Source of the DNA: Callorhinchus milii
Lineage: Eukaryota
Length of the DNA stretch: 64,000 bases
Direction: 5' to 3'
Assembly: GCF_018977255.1 (NCBI RefSeq)
Contig: NW_024704742.1
Span: 105,154,001 to 105,218,000 of the forward strand
The translations under genes were made by a program, and so were the position numbers. Within the stretch, counting starts at the first letter, position 1. Each line of letters starts with the position of its first letter. This document shows positions 51,876 through 62,691 of this stretch, in pieces. The notes under the pieces are model-generated. The model did not search any database, was not told the DNA's origin, and saw only the letters and a program-made list of their open reading frames with translations.

Positions 51876-52810
51876 CCGTGGCCGAGCGGCCGATGCTGTG
51901 GCTGTTCGCTGCCCTCCCGCCGGCGAGGGTTAGCCCCGGACGGTCAGACTGTGTTGCTCGCTGGCGGGAGAAGCGGTTTCCCTCTGGTTCACCTCGAGGC
52001 TGAGCGGTCGGGGAGGCGCAGACCGGGGGCCTGAGTTACCGCGGACTGGACTACGAGGCGGAAACATTGACAAAACCGCAGGCTTTTAAGTTTCTAATGT
52101 CAGCTCCTTCGACTGCAGCCGTTCCCAGGGAGTGCGCCTGCGCCAGAGCGCGCGAGGACCGCCGGGAGTCGGCGCGATGGCGAACCTGCGCAAGCGCGCT
52201 GAGCCGCTGCTGTGGCCGGGCATTGTCGCCCAGGGCTGGTGGGTTGACGCCCAATCGGCCGTGTGTTTATTGTTACTCCGCGTGAGAGCCGTTTACATTG
52301 CAATTTAAACCTGAGGAACGTGTCTTTTTCTCCCCCTTTGAAGACTTTTTTGTCACACAGTTTAACAATCACTAACTAACCTAAGTCGGGCACTCTGCTC
52401 CCCCGTTGTGGACAACGCGTAACATTGGGCTCCTTTTGGGCTAGTGTTTGGCTGACTTTGGGCTACAAACGTAGTCTGATTTCTGGCCGCCGCGCATGCG
52501 CGCGCTGAGCCCATTGGTTCACCGTCCGCTCGATCTGAGCGCGCGGGGGAGCTCCGATATTGGAAGGGAGCATGCGCATCACCGGCCCGAAATGGCGACC
52601 CGCGGAGCTGCGCTTTGTCAGCGCCACGCCTTGCTGTGTGCGCCTGCGCACGCCGGGCAACCCGGGATTGTAGTCTTTCACAGCTCTGTGCGTGCGCGCG
52701 CGCTGGGCGCATGCGCTTCGCTTGAGCAGTCCCCCGCCACGTGACGTAACCGCATCACGTGCTCGGAACAACATTGCCGCCAAAATGCGGCCGTGAAGGG
52801 ATCCGATGTG
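51876..52810. promoter_or_regulatory. FER: CpG island: probable FER promoter and non-coding exon 1, possibly bidirectional
   Basis: The only strongly CpG-rich block, 14 kb upstream of the FER ATG exon. NRF1 GCGCATGCGC at 52492 and 52707, GCGCCTGCGC variants at ~52134 and ~52640, CACGTG at 52738 and 52756, CCAAT/ATTGG at 52251, 52514 and 52559, YY1-like AAATGGCG at 52590, ZNF143-like GGGATTGTAGT at 52664. Confidence 0.85.
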
Positions 52811-52949
52811 GTTGTGTTCCCGCCTTCTGATAAGACATTAGAACGAGGTCCCGTCTGTCCGTTCTATGTGGAATGAGAAGAGAGTTTCTCACCCGTGTCC
52901 TGACCAACGGTCCCTCCAAAACAAAATTGGGCATTCACTCCAAGGTCCG

Positions 52950-53275
52950 GGAGTCCTGTAGCTCAGTGGTTAGAGCACTCGCTTTGCAAGTGAGAGACCT
53001 GAGTTCAATTCCAGGCAGAGGGCGAAACCTTGGGCAAGTTTCCTTACTCCACACAGAGCCTAATAATAATCCCTCCAAAACCAATAATAAAATTGGTCAT
53101 TTTCAATCCATGACTGTTTGTGGGACATTGCTGTGCGCAATTGGCTGCTGCGTTCGCCCACAAATATACAGTCAATTCACTTTATAGTCTATTCTGTGAA
53201 GCGCTTTGGGATGTCCTCCCGACGTGAAAAGTGTATAATAATAATAATATCCAAATGCAAGGATTATTATTATTA
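52950..53275 (+). mobile_element. Full-length young tRNA(Ala-TGC)-headed SINE
   Basis: Head GGAGTCCTGTAGCTCAGTGGTTAGAGCACTCGCTTTGCAAGTGAGAGACCTGAGTTCAATTCC (A box, TGC anticodon arm, B box); core ctgtttgtgggacattgctgtgcgcaattggctgc; L2-like tail. Confidence 0.93.
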
Positions 53276-54205
53276 AGGTCATTCCCCGCCCCCACTTGGG
53301 TCCAAATCCCTGACTGTCCAGAGCCTTGGAATGTAATTTTGTATTGTGATGTAAAGTTGTTTGTGTGCAAATTGGCTGCCACGTTCACCCACAAAATATA
53401 CAGTTACTCCACAGTATATCTTACAGGGCACTTTGAGACGTCCTCCTGGTGTGACAGGCACTACAGTAATACTTGTATGCCATATCAGTCGGGACCATAA
53501 CATCTAATATGACTTACGTCAAGTTCTTATGTGTGTGCTGCGACGAATCAACACTACATTTCTTGCGATGCAATGCAGTCGGCCGGTAAGTGCACATTCT
53601 TCGAATGGTATAAAATGTAATTTCCCGCAATTCAATGCAGCTGATAAGCATGGGAGTAATGGAGGATATGGGAACAGCATTATGCATCAGGAGATGAAAA
53701 ACATGACTAGTGCAAAGAAATCTAAGTGGTTTTGATAGGAAACTAAACGGGACTTGGATGAATGCACCACTTAGGCGATTATATGATTTATAAAGATAAG
53801 ACTTATGTGAGTTTTACTGTATATCAAATGCAAGGATTAATAATAATAATCCTTGTATTTGATATAGTACTTTTCACATCTTCTAGACGTCTCAAAGAGC
53901 TTCACAGAATATACTATAAAGTGAATTGACTGTATATTTGTGGGAGAAACATTATTATTATTATCTTAGAGGTCATCTTAATTCAGTTGGTGGAATTTCT
54001 GCATCTAGCATAAAAGGTTATGGGTTGAAGCCCTATGTTGGGACTTTCAGCTCACAGTTCGGATGTACATTTCAGTTATATTATAGAGCAGAAGTACTCA
54101 TTGTTGTACGCTTCATCTTTCGGATGAGAATGTTAATCCAAGGTTCTATCCACGTAGTCAGGCGGAGGTTAGTGTTCCAATGGCACGAATTGAAAAGAGA
54201 TCTGT

Positions 54206-54533
54206 AGTCCTGTAGCTCAGTGGTTAGAGCACTCGCTTTGCAAGTGAGAGACCTGAGTTCAATTCCAGGCAGAGGGCGAAACCTTGGGCAAGTTTCCTTA
54301 CTCCACACAGAGCCTAATAATAATCCCTCCAAAACCCAAAACAATAATAAATTGGTCATTTTCAATCTACGACTGTTTGTGGGACATTGCTGTGCGCAAT
54401 TGGCTGCCGCGTTCGCCCACAAATATACAGTCAATTCACTTTACAGTGTCTTCTGTGAAGCGCTTTGGGACGTCCTCCTGACGTGAAAAGCGCTATATCA
54501 AATGCAAGTATTATTATTATTAATATTATTATT
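54206..54533 (+). mobile_element. Full-length young SINE nested in an older Deu-type SINE (~53975-54790)
   Basis: Same family. The upstream flank has the Deu-domain motif ctttcggatgaga..gttaa.cc.agg. Confidence 0.9.
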
Positions 54534-55146
54534 ATCTTTTCCCAGTGCTCTACTCCCAGATAAATTGGCTTTGTGACTGTTTGTGGGATATTGGTATGTG
54601 CAAAATGGCTCCTGTATTTGCCTACAAATATGCAGTCATATAATAGCCAAGATAAATTGGTGATGGTATTAATAATATGTTTTGCCCACAAAATATACGG
54701 TCAATTTGATTACAATATATTCTGTGAAGTGCTTTGAGATGTCTTGAAGATGTGATGAGGCGCAATATCAAATCCAACGATTATTATTATTACATGGATG
54801 TAAGTGACCTTGTAGAATTGCTGACAACTAAACATGAACATTTTATAGATGTTATAACATTGGATTTAGAAAGGAATCAAATATCCAAGGTCATAAGAAG
54901 GTCTTAGACAAGTAGACATTCTTAAATAATTAATAGTAATCCTTGCATTTGATATAAATGCAATTTGTTGTTGTTGACATTCGGCCTTATTCGGAAGCCA
55001 GTGGAGTCTGGCAAGGATGGGGGTGAAAGGTCACGGAGCCTGGTACGGGAGAGGACACAAGCTGCAGAGTTCTGGATGATCTGCAGCTTATGGAGGGAGG
55101 AGTTGGGGAGGCTGATAAGCAGGGAGTTTGCATAGTCAAGTCTGGA

Positions 55147-56032
55147 GAGACAACTTTCTTCAGCTCAATGTGTGCAAAACTGAGGCCCTCCTGATTGGCT
55201 CACATCAGCGCCTCCGCACCTCAGGCGCTGACACCATCAGCATCCAAGGCTGCACTCTCCACCTCTCAAAGTCAGTCAGGAACCTCGGCGTTTTGTTCGA
55301 CCCTGAGCTGTCCTTTCTCCCTCATATCCGCACCACAACTGGCACCGCCTTCCATCACCTCCGGAACATCGCCAGACTACGACACTACCTCACCCCTCAC
55401 GCTGCTGAAACCCTGGTTCACGCCTTTGTCACCTCAAGGCTGGACTATGGGAACTCTCTCCTCGCGGCCTTCCCCTCCCTCCACAAGCTGCAGGTCATTC
55501 AGAACTCTGCAGCTCGTGTACTGTCCCGCACCAGGCTTCGGGACCACATCACTCCCACCCTCGCTCGCCTCCACTGGCTCCCCATCCCCCAGAGGATCGA
55601 ATTCAAGATCCTCATCCTCACCTACAAGGCCATTCACGGCCTCGCTCCCTCCTACCTCTCCGACCTACTATCCCCCTATCTACCTGCCCGTACCCTCCGT
55701 TCCTCTGGCTCCGGTCTGCTCCACATCCCCGCCCCAACCGCCCTACCATCGGTGGCCGGGCCTTCAGCTTCTCAGCCCCCAGGCTCTGGAACCCTATCCC
55801 CCAGTGCCTTCGCCGCCTCCTCCCTTTCCTCCTTCAAGGCCGGTCTCAAAACCTTTCTCTTCAACCGTGCCTTCAGCTCCCCTCTCGATTCTCTACCCCC
55901 TCCTCGCTCCTGCCCTCCCCTCACCCTGACCATTTTCCGCCTGCTTGGATCCCAACCCAACTGTCCAGCGCCTTGGGACGTCCTCCCGACGTGAAAGACG
56001 CTCTATAAATGAAAGCTTGTTGTTGTTGTTGT
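55147..56032 (+). mobile_element. L2-clade LINE, 5'-truncated
   Basis: ORF with NFLQLNVCKTE, RNLGVLFD, SRLDYGN and LHWLPIPQRIEFK; 3' tail ending (TTG)n. Confidence 0.95.
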
Positions 56033-57799
56033 GTATGTTATGAATGTGTGTTTGAGGAGTTCAGCGGTCTGCGGTGTGGCGAAGTCATAACATAACATGT
56101 AGGAGCAGGAGTAGGCCATTCGGCCCTTCGAGCCTGCCCCGCCATTCAATCATGGCTGATCTTCTAATCTAACTGCAGCTAATAACCTGATCCTGCCTAA
56201 TCCCCATATCCCTTAAACTCTTTTGCAATAAGAAATCTATCTATCTCAGTCTTGAAGTCGGGTGAAGTTGGGATGCGGAGATGGAGGAAGGTAGAGTGGG
56301 TCATGGCACAGATGTGCGGTAGAAAAGATAGTTGAGGGTCAAACGAGATGCCAAGGTTCTGACTAGCTTAGTAAGGTGGGATGTGCATCCTTGGATGGTG
56401 ATACTGTCAGCCCCTGAGGTGCACACGAAAAGGAAGCTGGCCATATTAGGCTAGAAACTGAAAGTGTACCGCACTTCTGGTAACTGCAGGTCTACAGCTG
56501 CGCTATACAATCACTCCCGTTCTAACAATGCACATTATAAAAAGTTTGTCCTGTAGTTTGTAACGGAGGAGACAATCATTGTTAAATGTACCAAGCCCTT
56601 TGGTGCTTTCAGAACTTAATCAGCCATGAAAGATAAACTCTGTTAATATTACTGCTTTTTCTGCATTCCATTCTGCTATGAAAGAGCACCCCTTCAGTTA
56701 GTAGTGGAGATCCCCTATAATTAAAATATTTGGGGGAAAAAATTCATCCTCTCACCCTTTTTTGTTTTTAACATGGAATCTCAACTCAATCCTTGGTAAA
56801 CTTAGAAAACATCTTTTTCAACCTCCAGAAAGAGTGTACAATGAATTTTTAATCCATTTTTATGTGGAGGGGGCATAATGTCTAAAGTGCTATGTCAAAT
56901 GCAAGAATTATAATGTGATGGAAAGGCATTTTTAAGGTTGAAGCAGAAATTGTCCAATTCACTGGTGGAATACATCTACTGCTGCCTCCTTCCAAGTACC
57001 AATTCACCAACCCTGGTTCAATTTGCTTACATGTCATTGAAAAGTATGAATTCCTGCTCTTTCATAAATAATCCTTTGCTTGAGAGGCCAGTTCCTACTC
57101 CAGTAGTTAGCCCACAAGTGCCCTTCACGTGGGTAAGCATTTCGGAGCACACTTAGGCATAGGGAATAGATTTAGAGGTTGAACATCAAGTTCTGTCCAG
57201 TACGTCATGTCAAAGGTACGATTCAGTCTACTGATTTTAATCATTGTTAAGTAAGTAACATTACATAACTAAATAATAAGTTTGTAGGACCTTGTCACGA
57301 AAATGGCTGCCACAATTGCCTAAAAAAATGCAAACTACACCTGAAAGCAATTACCTGTAAACTGCTTTAAGATGTATCATTGTGATAAGGTGCTATAAAA
57401 ATGCAAGTTCTTTCTGACTGACTGTACTCTATGTGCCTGCCTAATGTCACTGAAATATTTTACAAACCTTTTTGATCAAGGGTACATCAATGCTGGAAAG
57501 TAAATATTGAAATAATAGTTACAAGCGGCTCAAGCAGCTGGAACGTACTCATTATACTCATTGACTTATCTCAAAATAGACTCATTTACCTTCAAAATGA
57601 AATCACAGCTCATGGCGATCACATCTGAAGGGGGGAGAATTCACTTATCGGCTATTTTTTCACCCACAAAGTCAATTCATGTTACAGTATATTCTGTGAA
57701 GCGCTTTGAGACGTCTAGAAGACGTGAAACGCGCTATATCAAATGCAAGGATTATTATTATTATCACCCAGTGATTCTCAAACTGTGAAGTGATAAAAT

Positions 57800-58625
57800 G
57801 CTGAAAGAGTGATACAATTTTAAAAGATAGCCAATATGGGTTTATGAAGGGAGATCCTGCCAATTTAATTTATTGATTTATTTGACTGTGTGATAAAGGA
57901 GCTTGGAGTCCTGTAGCTCAGTGGTTAGAGCACTCGCTTTGCAAGTGAGAGACCTGAGTTCAATTCCAGGCAGAGGGCGAAACCTTGGGCAAGTTTCCTT
58001 ACTCCACACAGAGCCTAATAATAATCCCTCTAACAAAACAATAATAAATTTGTCATTTTCAATCTACGACTGTTTGTGGGACATTGCTGTGCACAATTGG
58101 CTGCCGCGTTCGCCCACAAATATACAGTCAATTCACTTTACAGTGTGTTCTGTGAAGCACTTTGGGACGTCCTCCCGACGTGAAAAGCGTTATATCAAAT
58201 GCAAGGATTATTATTGTTATTATTGATAAGGGTAAGGCAGTGCATGTTGTATATCTGGATTTCAGTAAGGCCTTTGATACAATTGCTCATGAAAGGCTGG
58301 TACTGAAAATAAAGAAAGCGTGAATCAGTGGAAGTATCTTGCAACAGATATGTAATTGGTTGACCGATAGAACCCAGAAAGAGGTGGTACAGGGAATGTC
58401 ATCAGGCGGGGAGAATGTTACCAGTGGAGTTCCACAGGGTCTGTTTTGGGACCTCTTTTATTTAACATCTTCATAAACCACCTGGAATTAGGAGTCACAA
58501 GCACAGTGGCTAAATTTGCAGATGACACAAAGCTAATGAAGGTGGTAGACTTCGAAGATTAACAGACTAGGTTACAGGAGGACTTGAACATTCTTGGGAA
58601 TTGGGCAGATCGATGGCAGATGAAT
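57800..58625 (+). mobile_element. CR1 LINE RT fragment, decayed and interrupted by a SINE
   Basis: YLDFSKAFD, SGVPQG.VLGPLLF and KFADDTKL motifs readable across frameshifts. Confidence 0.88.
57905..58222 (+). mobile_element. Full-length young SINE inserted into a CR1 RT fragment
   Basis: Family match. Removing it restores CR1 reading VIKELDKGKAVHVVYLDFSKAFD. Confidence 0.92.
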
Positions 58626-58629
58626 GATG

Positions 58630-58690
58630 AAGGTAATGGACTGCTATTCATTGTGTTGTGCATATGTGGGTTCAAATCCCATCCTTTTCG
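58630..58690 (+). pseudogene. tRNA-Ser(GCT) pseudogene fragment lacking the 5' ~20 nt
   Basis: aaggtaatggactgctattcattgtgttgtgcatatgtgggttcaaatcccatccttttcg aligns with vertebrate tRNA-Ser-GCT (AAGGCGATGGACTGCTAATCCATTGTGCTCTGCACGCGTGGGTTCGAATCCCATCCTCGTCG); many differences are CpG transitions. Confidence 0.8.
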
Positions 58691-59448
58691 CATTGCCTAA
58701 TATCGGTTCAATGAGGGATTGGCAGCATTCCTACTCAACTGTAGAAAATCTATCAGGGGTCTGTACTGCACTGTGGCCCTTCCTGTTCCTTGTATTCACT
58801 GAATAACTAAATTCACAGACTCAGTGAAAGTTAAATGTGCAGGTGACACCAAGTTGGGGAAATTGTGGAATAAAAAGAGGTAACAAAGAGAGCTTGACTG
58901 AGTGATAATAAAATCCTAGTATTTGAAATATCTCCTTAACACATTGTCAGAACATCTCAAAGCACAGGATTTACTGTTAAGTGTAACAACTGTGTATTTG
59001 TCAGCAATTGCAGCAGCTAATTTGCAAACAGCAATTTCACACAAACGGCCATGACGAATATGATCAATTTTATCTGAGACATTACTTGTCATTACACTTG
59101 GAGAAACTCCCTTTTTTCAAATTCCCTGAAGTACTTTGAGACATCTTCCAGACATGAATGGCGCTAACCCAAATTCAAGGATTATAACAATAATAATAAT
59201 ATACAGTATCATGGGATTTTTAACAGCTGCTTGAACTGTTGGCAAGATCTCAATTTAACATCTCATCCAAAAGACAATGCAGCATTTCTCTAGCACTGCT
59301 GTGGAGCGTCAGCCTAGACTATGAGATCAAAGTCTGGATGTGGGGCTTGAACCCACAAACATTCTTGTAAATCTTCTTTCCAATTTTTTTTATTTGCCAT
59401 TGTCATTAAAAATAAGCAGTGATAAGGTTCTTTACAAGTTTGGCTTAA

Positions 59449-59610
59449 GGGACTGAGATGGTACAATGGAGGAACACTACCCTTTCACCTCTGGGATCTG
59501 GTTTGGAATCTGGCCCAAATTGATGGAATAAAAGGTTTTTCTCTGCCAGCCAGAAAGGGCTAAGTAAAATTAGTTTTGGCAGTCACAACCCAGTTCCTAA
59601 TGATCATGAA
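59449..59610 (+). mobile_element. LF-SINE-like 5' fragment
   Basis: gggactg..atgg...cctttcacctctggg..ctgg.tt..aatc..gccca...gtaaaattagtt...gtcaca.cccagttccta is colinear with the recalled LF-SINE head (CCTTTCACCTCTAGG...GTGAAATGAGTT...CCAGTTCCTA). Confidence 0.6.
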
Positions 59611-60139
59611 TCCACAGCAAAACAGTGCCCAGTAATTTAGCACAAATTAACACTAAGTTGTCAATCTCAATCAGAAAGACTACAAAGATGCCCAGTATGG
59701 GAATGAAAATGTTATGATGATGCAACAGGAATTTTGCTTCTGAGGTTGATATTAAGTTACAAATAAAGTAGAATAAAGGAAGCTTTATACTTCCTGCTCC
59801 CAATTGCTCCCACCAGGGCTGGAGGCCTGTGCGTTTGTGCATGCGCAATTAAGTGCAATGCTCTGATAACTGTTAGTTGTTTTAATGTTATTAATGAACC
59901 AGTTATGCAGTGTCTTTTTAATAACTTCAAATGGACTGCCAAGAAGTATTAAAGGACCATTTTTTGAGCAGAGCATGAATTGATTTGCATTTTCTGCATT
60001 TTTTACGTCCAGCGCCCTGGGACGTCTTTCCGACGTGAAAGTGTCATTTGTTGTTGCGTTTATTACTACAGCAAGGTAAATAAGTAAATATGTATCCTGC
60101 CAAAGCACGTTTTACAACAAAGTCGAAATACTCAGGGGA

Positions 60140-60476
60140 AATAATAATAATAGTAATAATAATAATAATCCTTGCATTTTGATATAGCGCTTTTCACGTC
60201 GGGAGGACGTCCCAAAGCGCTTCACAGAACACACTGTAAAGTGAATTGACTGTATATTTGTGGGTGAACGCGGCAGCCAATTGCTCACAGCAATGTCCCA
60301 CAGACAGTCGTAGATTGAAAATGACCAATTTATTATTGTTTTTGGTTTTGGAGGGATTATTATTAGGATCTGTGTGGAGTAAGGAAACTTGCCCAAGGTT
60401 TCGCCCTCTGCCTGGAATTGAACTGAGGTCTCTCGCTTGCAAAGCGAGTGCTCTAACCACTGAGCTACAGGATTCC
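60140..60476 (-). mobile_element. Full-length young SINE
   Basis: Family match on the minus strand. Confidence 0.93.
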
Positions 60477-61034
60477 AGGACTTGTGTCTAAATGTCATTT
60501 ATTTTAATCTTCCCTTCTACCCCTCTTTAGCCAGATTGCATACCTGCATGGGCAAAGTCAGGATTGAGTCTGGCTTTAATGCCAAATCCCTCTAGTTAAG
60601 TAACTGCTGACACTCTGCTGACTGTGGCCACTTGGGTAAGGTACTCGAGAACACACAGAGAACTGTACCCCAGGAGAAGGAAATGAGAGTTGAAATGCTT
60701 TCAGAAGAGGAGAGAAAATCTTTGTGGGTTTATTTGCATAAAAACATTTGCATAAAAATGTTTTGTTTTAAGTTACCTGTTTTACTTCTAATACTGTTTC
60801 TCTCACATGGACCTAGTTTAAAAGCAAAGGCTGATGTTTAAGAGCCTGTGTGTCAAATCTGGGGCAACTATGGAAAAGAGAGAGCACCAGAGTTCTGAGG
60901 AAAGAGCTGCAACTTTTTTTAAAATATACAGTATATATACATACCAGATTTTCAACTAAAACTGCACAGATACTCAATATTCTAAATTTCTTATTATCCT
61001 GGCCTCATCCAGTTCTGAGTGACTGACTGCATTA

Positions 61035-61222
61035 AAAATAATAATAATAATTTGGTCACTCTACCCATGACTGTTTGTGGGACACTGCTGTGTGCAATTG
61101 GCTGCCACGTTTTGCCCACAAAATATAGTCAATTCACTTTACAGTGTGTTCTGTGAAGCGCTTTGGGACGTCCTCCCGACGTGAAAAGCGCTATATCAAA
61201 TGCAAGGATTATTATTATTATT
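61035..61222 (+). mobile_element. 5'-truncated SINE; similar partial copies at ~3220, 5280, 10000, 18690, 20272, 24900, 26555, 36960, 40810 and 42635
   Basis: Core plus tail agcgctttgggacgtcctcccgacgtgaaaagcgctatatcaaatgcaagg(att)n. Confidence 0.85.
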
Positions 61223-62171
61223 CTGTGAAGTGCTTAGAGACGTCTCGAAGACCTGCAATATCAAGGATTATTATTATTATCTCCTCAAGGTTATTTCAGT
61301 AGATGGCTGCAGTGTGACTGCTTCATGCTCATGTGAAACAAACTAGGTTTTTCGAAATGGAACCTTTTTGGCAAATTGCCACAGCAACGGCACCTAAACC
61401 TGGGTTTTAATCTGGATCTGACACATGCTATGTCTGTCCTTGAGGTACACGAAGCTCACTAAATTACAGCTCCAGGAAAATGACTTCCTGCAGCATAAGC
61501 AGATTTCATCTGTAGGAAGCCAGTGGCATGATTTCATTGATGAGTCATTGCAGTATCCTCCAGCCTGCATCATTGAATTTGTTTAACAGTATTCCTTTAC
61601 TGTGCTGGAGAAATCTGCAATAGAAGCACTCAGAGAGAATAATGGTATGTGGAGCTATCAAAAATAAACCTACATAGGGTATAAATATTGAGTGACTCAA
61701 TATCACCATTTGATCCTGAAGCAACAGGAGCAAATCTGATTCCAAAGTGACAATTTACTGTCGGATTTGAGTCAACTCTTTGTGATGGTCTCAGACTCTG
61801 GTTTCTGATCCAGGAGTTTTGCATTACTCCAAGACGATGTTGATAAGAGATCTAAAAAACCTGGCTCAACAGCAGGGCTTTGAAGAGTACAATTTTTCCC
61901 ACTTGGCTCCTTGCTAGCCAAAACCCTGTCAGATAGAAGAATGGTTCTAATTGGAATAAAACAGGAAACTTGCCCGACAGTGCTCACAAAGGCAAGCGAT
62001 TCAGTGTTAGCTACGTAAGCTCAAGCAGAACTCCGCAGTCTCCAAGTCTTCACTCCTGCCAACCTGTGTCAAATACTCCAGAATTAATTAAGCAAGATGT
62101 GTTCTGGGGAGAAAGTGCCTACTCCATTCTCGAAATATGAGAAATTTTCATGTGTAGATAGTATGCATATA

Positions 62172-62691
62172 GATTCATAGAATTATACAGCACAGAAGGA
62201 GGCCATTCAGCCCATGTGGCTCTTCAAAAGAGCTGTCCAAATTAATTGCACTCTCACGCTCTCCGTATAACACTGCAAATTTGTCCTCCACAAATATCGA
62301 TCTAATTGTCTCTTGAAAACTGTTATCAAATCGGCTTCCACCACCCTTTCAGGCAATGCATTCCAGAATATAACAATTCGCTATGTGGAAAAAAAATTCT
62401 CCTTACCTCCCCTCTTGTTCTTTTGGCAACTATTTTAAATCTGTGTCCTCTGGTTACAAACCCACCCGCCAGTGGAAACAGTTTCTCCTTGTTCACCCTA
62501 TTGAATCCCCTCATATTTTGATCACCTCTATTAAATCTCCCCTTAATCTTCTGTGCTCCAAGGAGAATAATCCTAGTTTCTTTAGCCTCCTCATAACTGA
62601 AGTTCTTCATCCCTGGTACTATTCTGGCAAATCTCCTTTGCAACTTCTCTAAGGCCTTGACATCTTTCCTAAAATGTGGTGCCCAGAACTG
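62172..62691 (-). mobile_element. CR1 LINE 3' end; other CR1 remnants at ~2200-2700, 3050-3540, 7590-7750, 12355-12530, 34840-35410, 42958-43110 and 56090-56255
   Basis: QRRFARIVPGMKNFSYEE...TRGHRFKI motifs and a typical 3'UTR (gaatggcctccttctgtgctgta...ttctatga). Confidence 0.88.

Noticed and set aside
52362..52783. Ala/Arg-rich ORFs in the CpG island
   Set aside because: Expected from stop-codon scarcity in GC-rich DNA; no recognisable protein.
52950..53020. Functional tRNA-Ala(TGC) gene (also at 54206, 57905, 60476 and others)
   Set aside because: Each head runs directly into the SINE body and tail, lacks a proper acceptor stem and has no poly-T terminator.
54995..55146. Twin-priming 5' inversion of the 55147 L2
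   Set aside because: The inverted piece duplicates sequence inside the element and is diverged from it.
55195..55929. 244-aa Pro/Ser-rich ORF
   Set aside because: Alternative frame of the C-rich L2 ORF2.
61510..62000. Plus-strand coding exon(s) of a divergent gene
   Set aside because: AG/GT-like signals exist, but all three frames contain stops and no protein is recognisable; a non-coding exon is not excluded.
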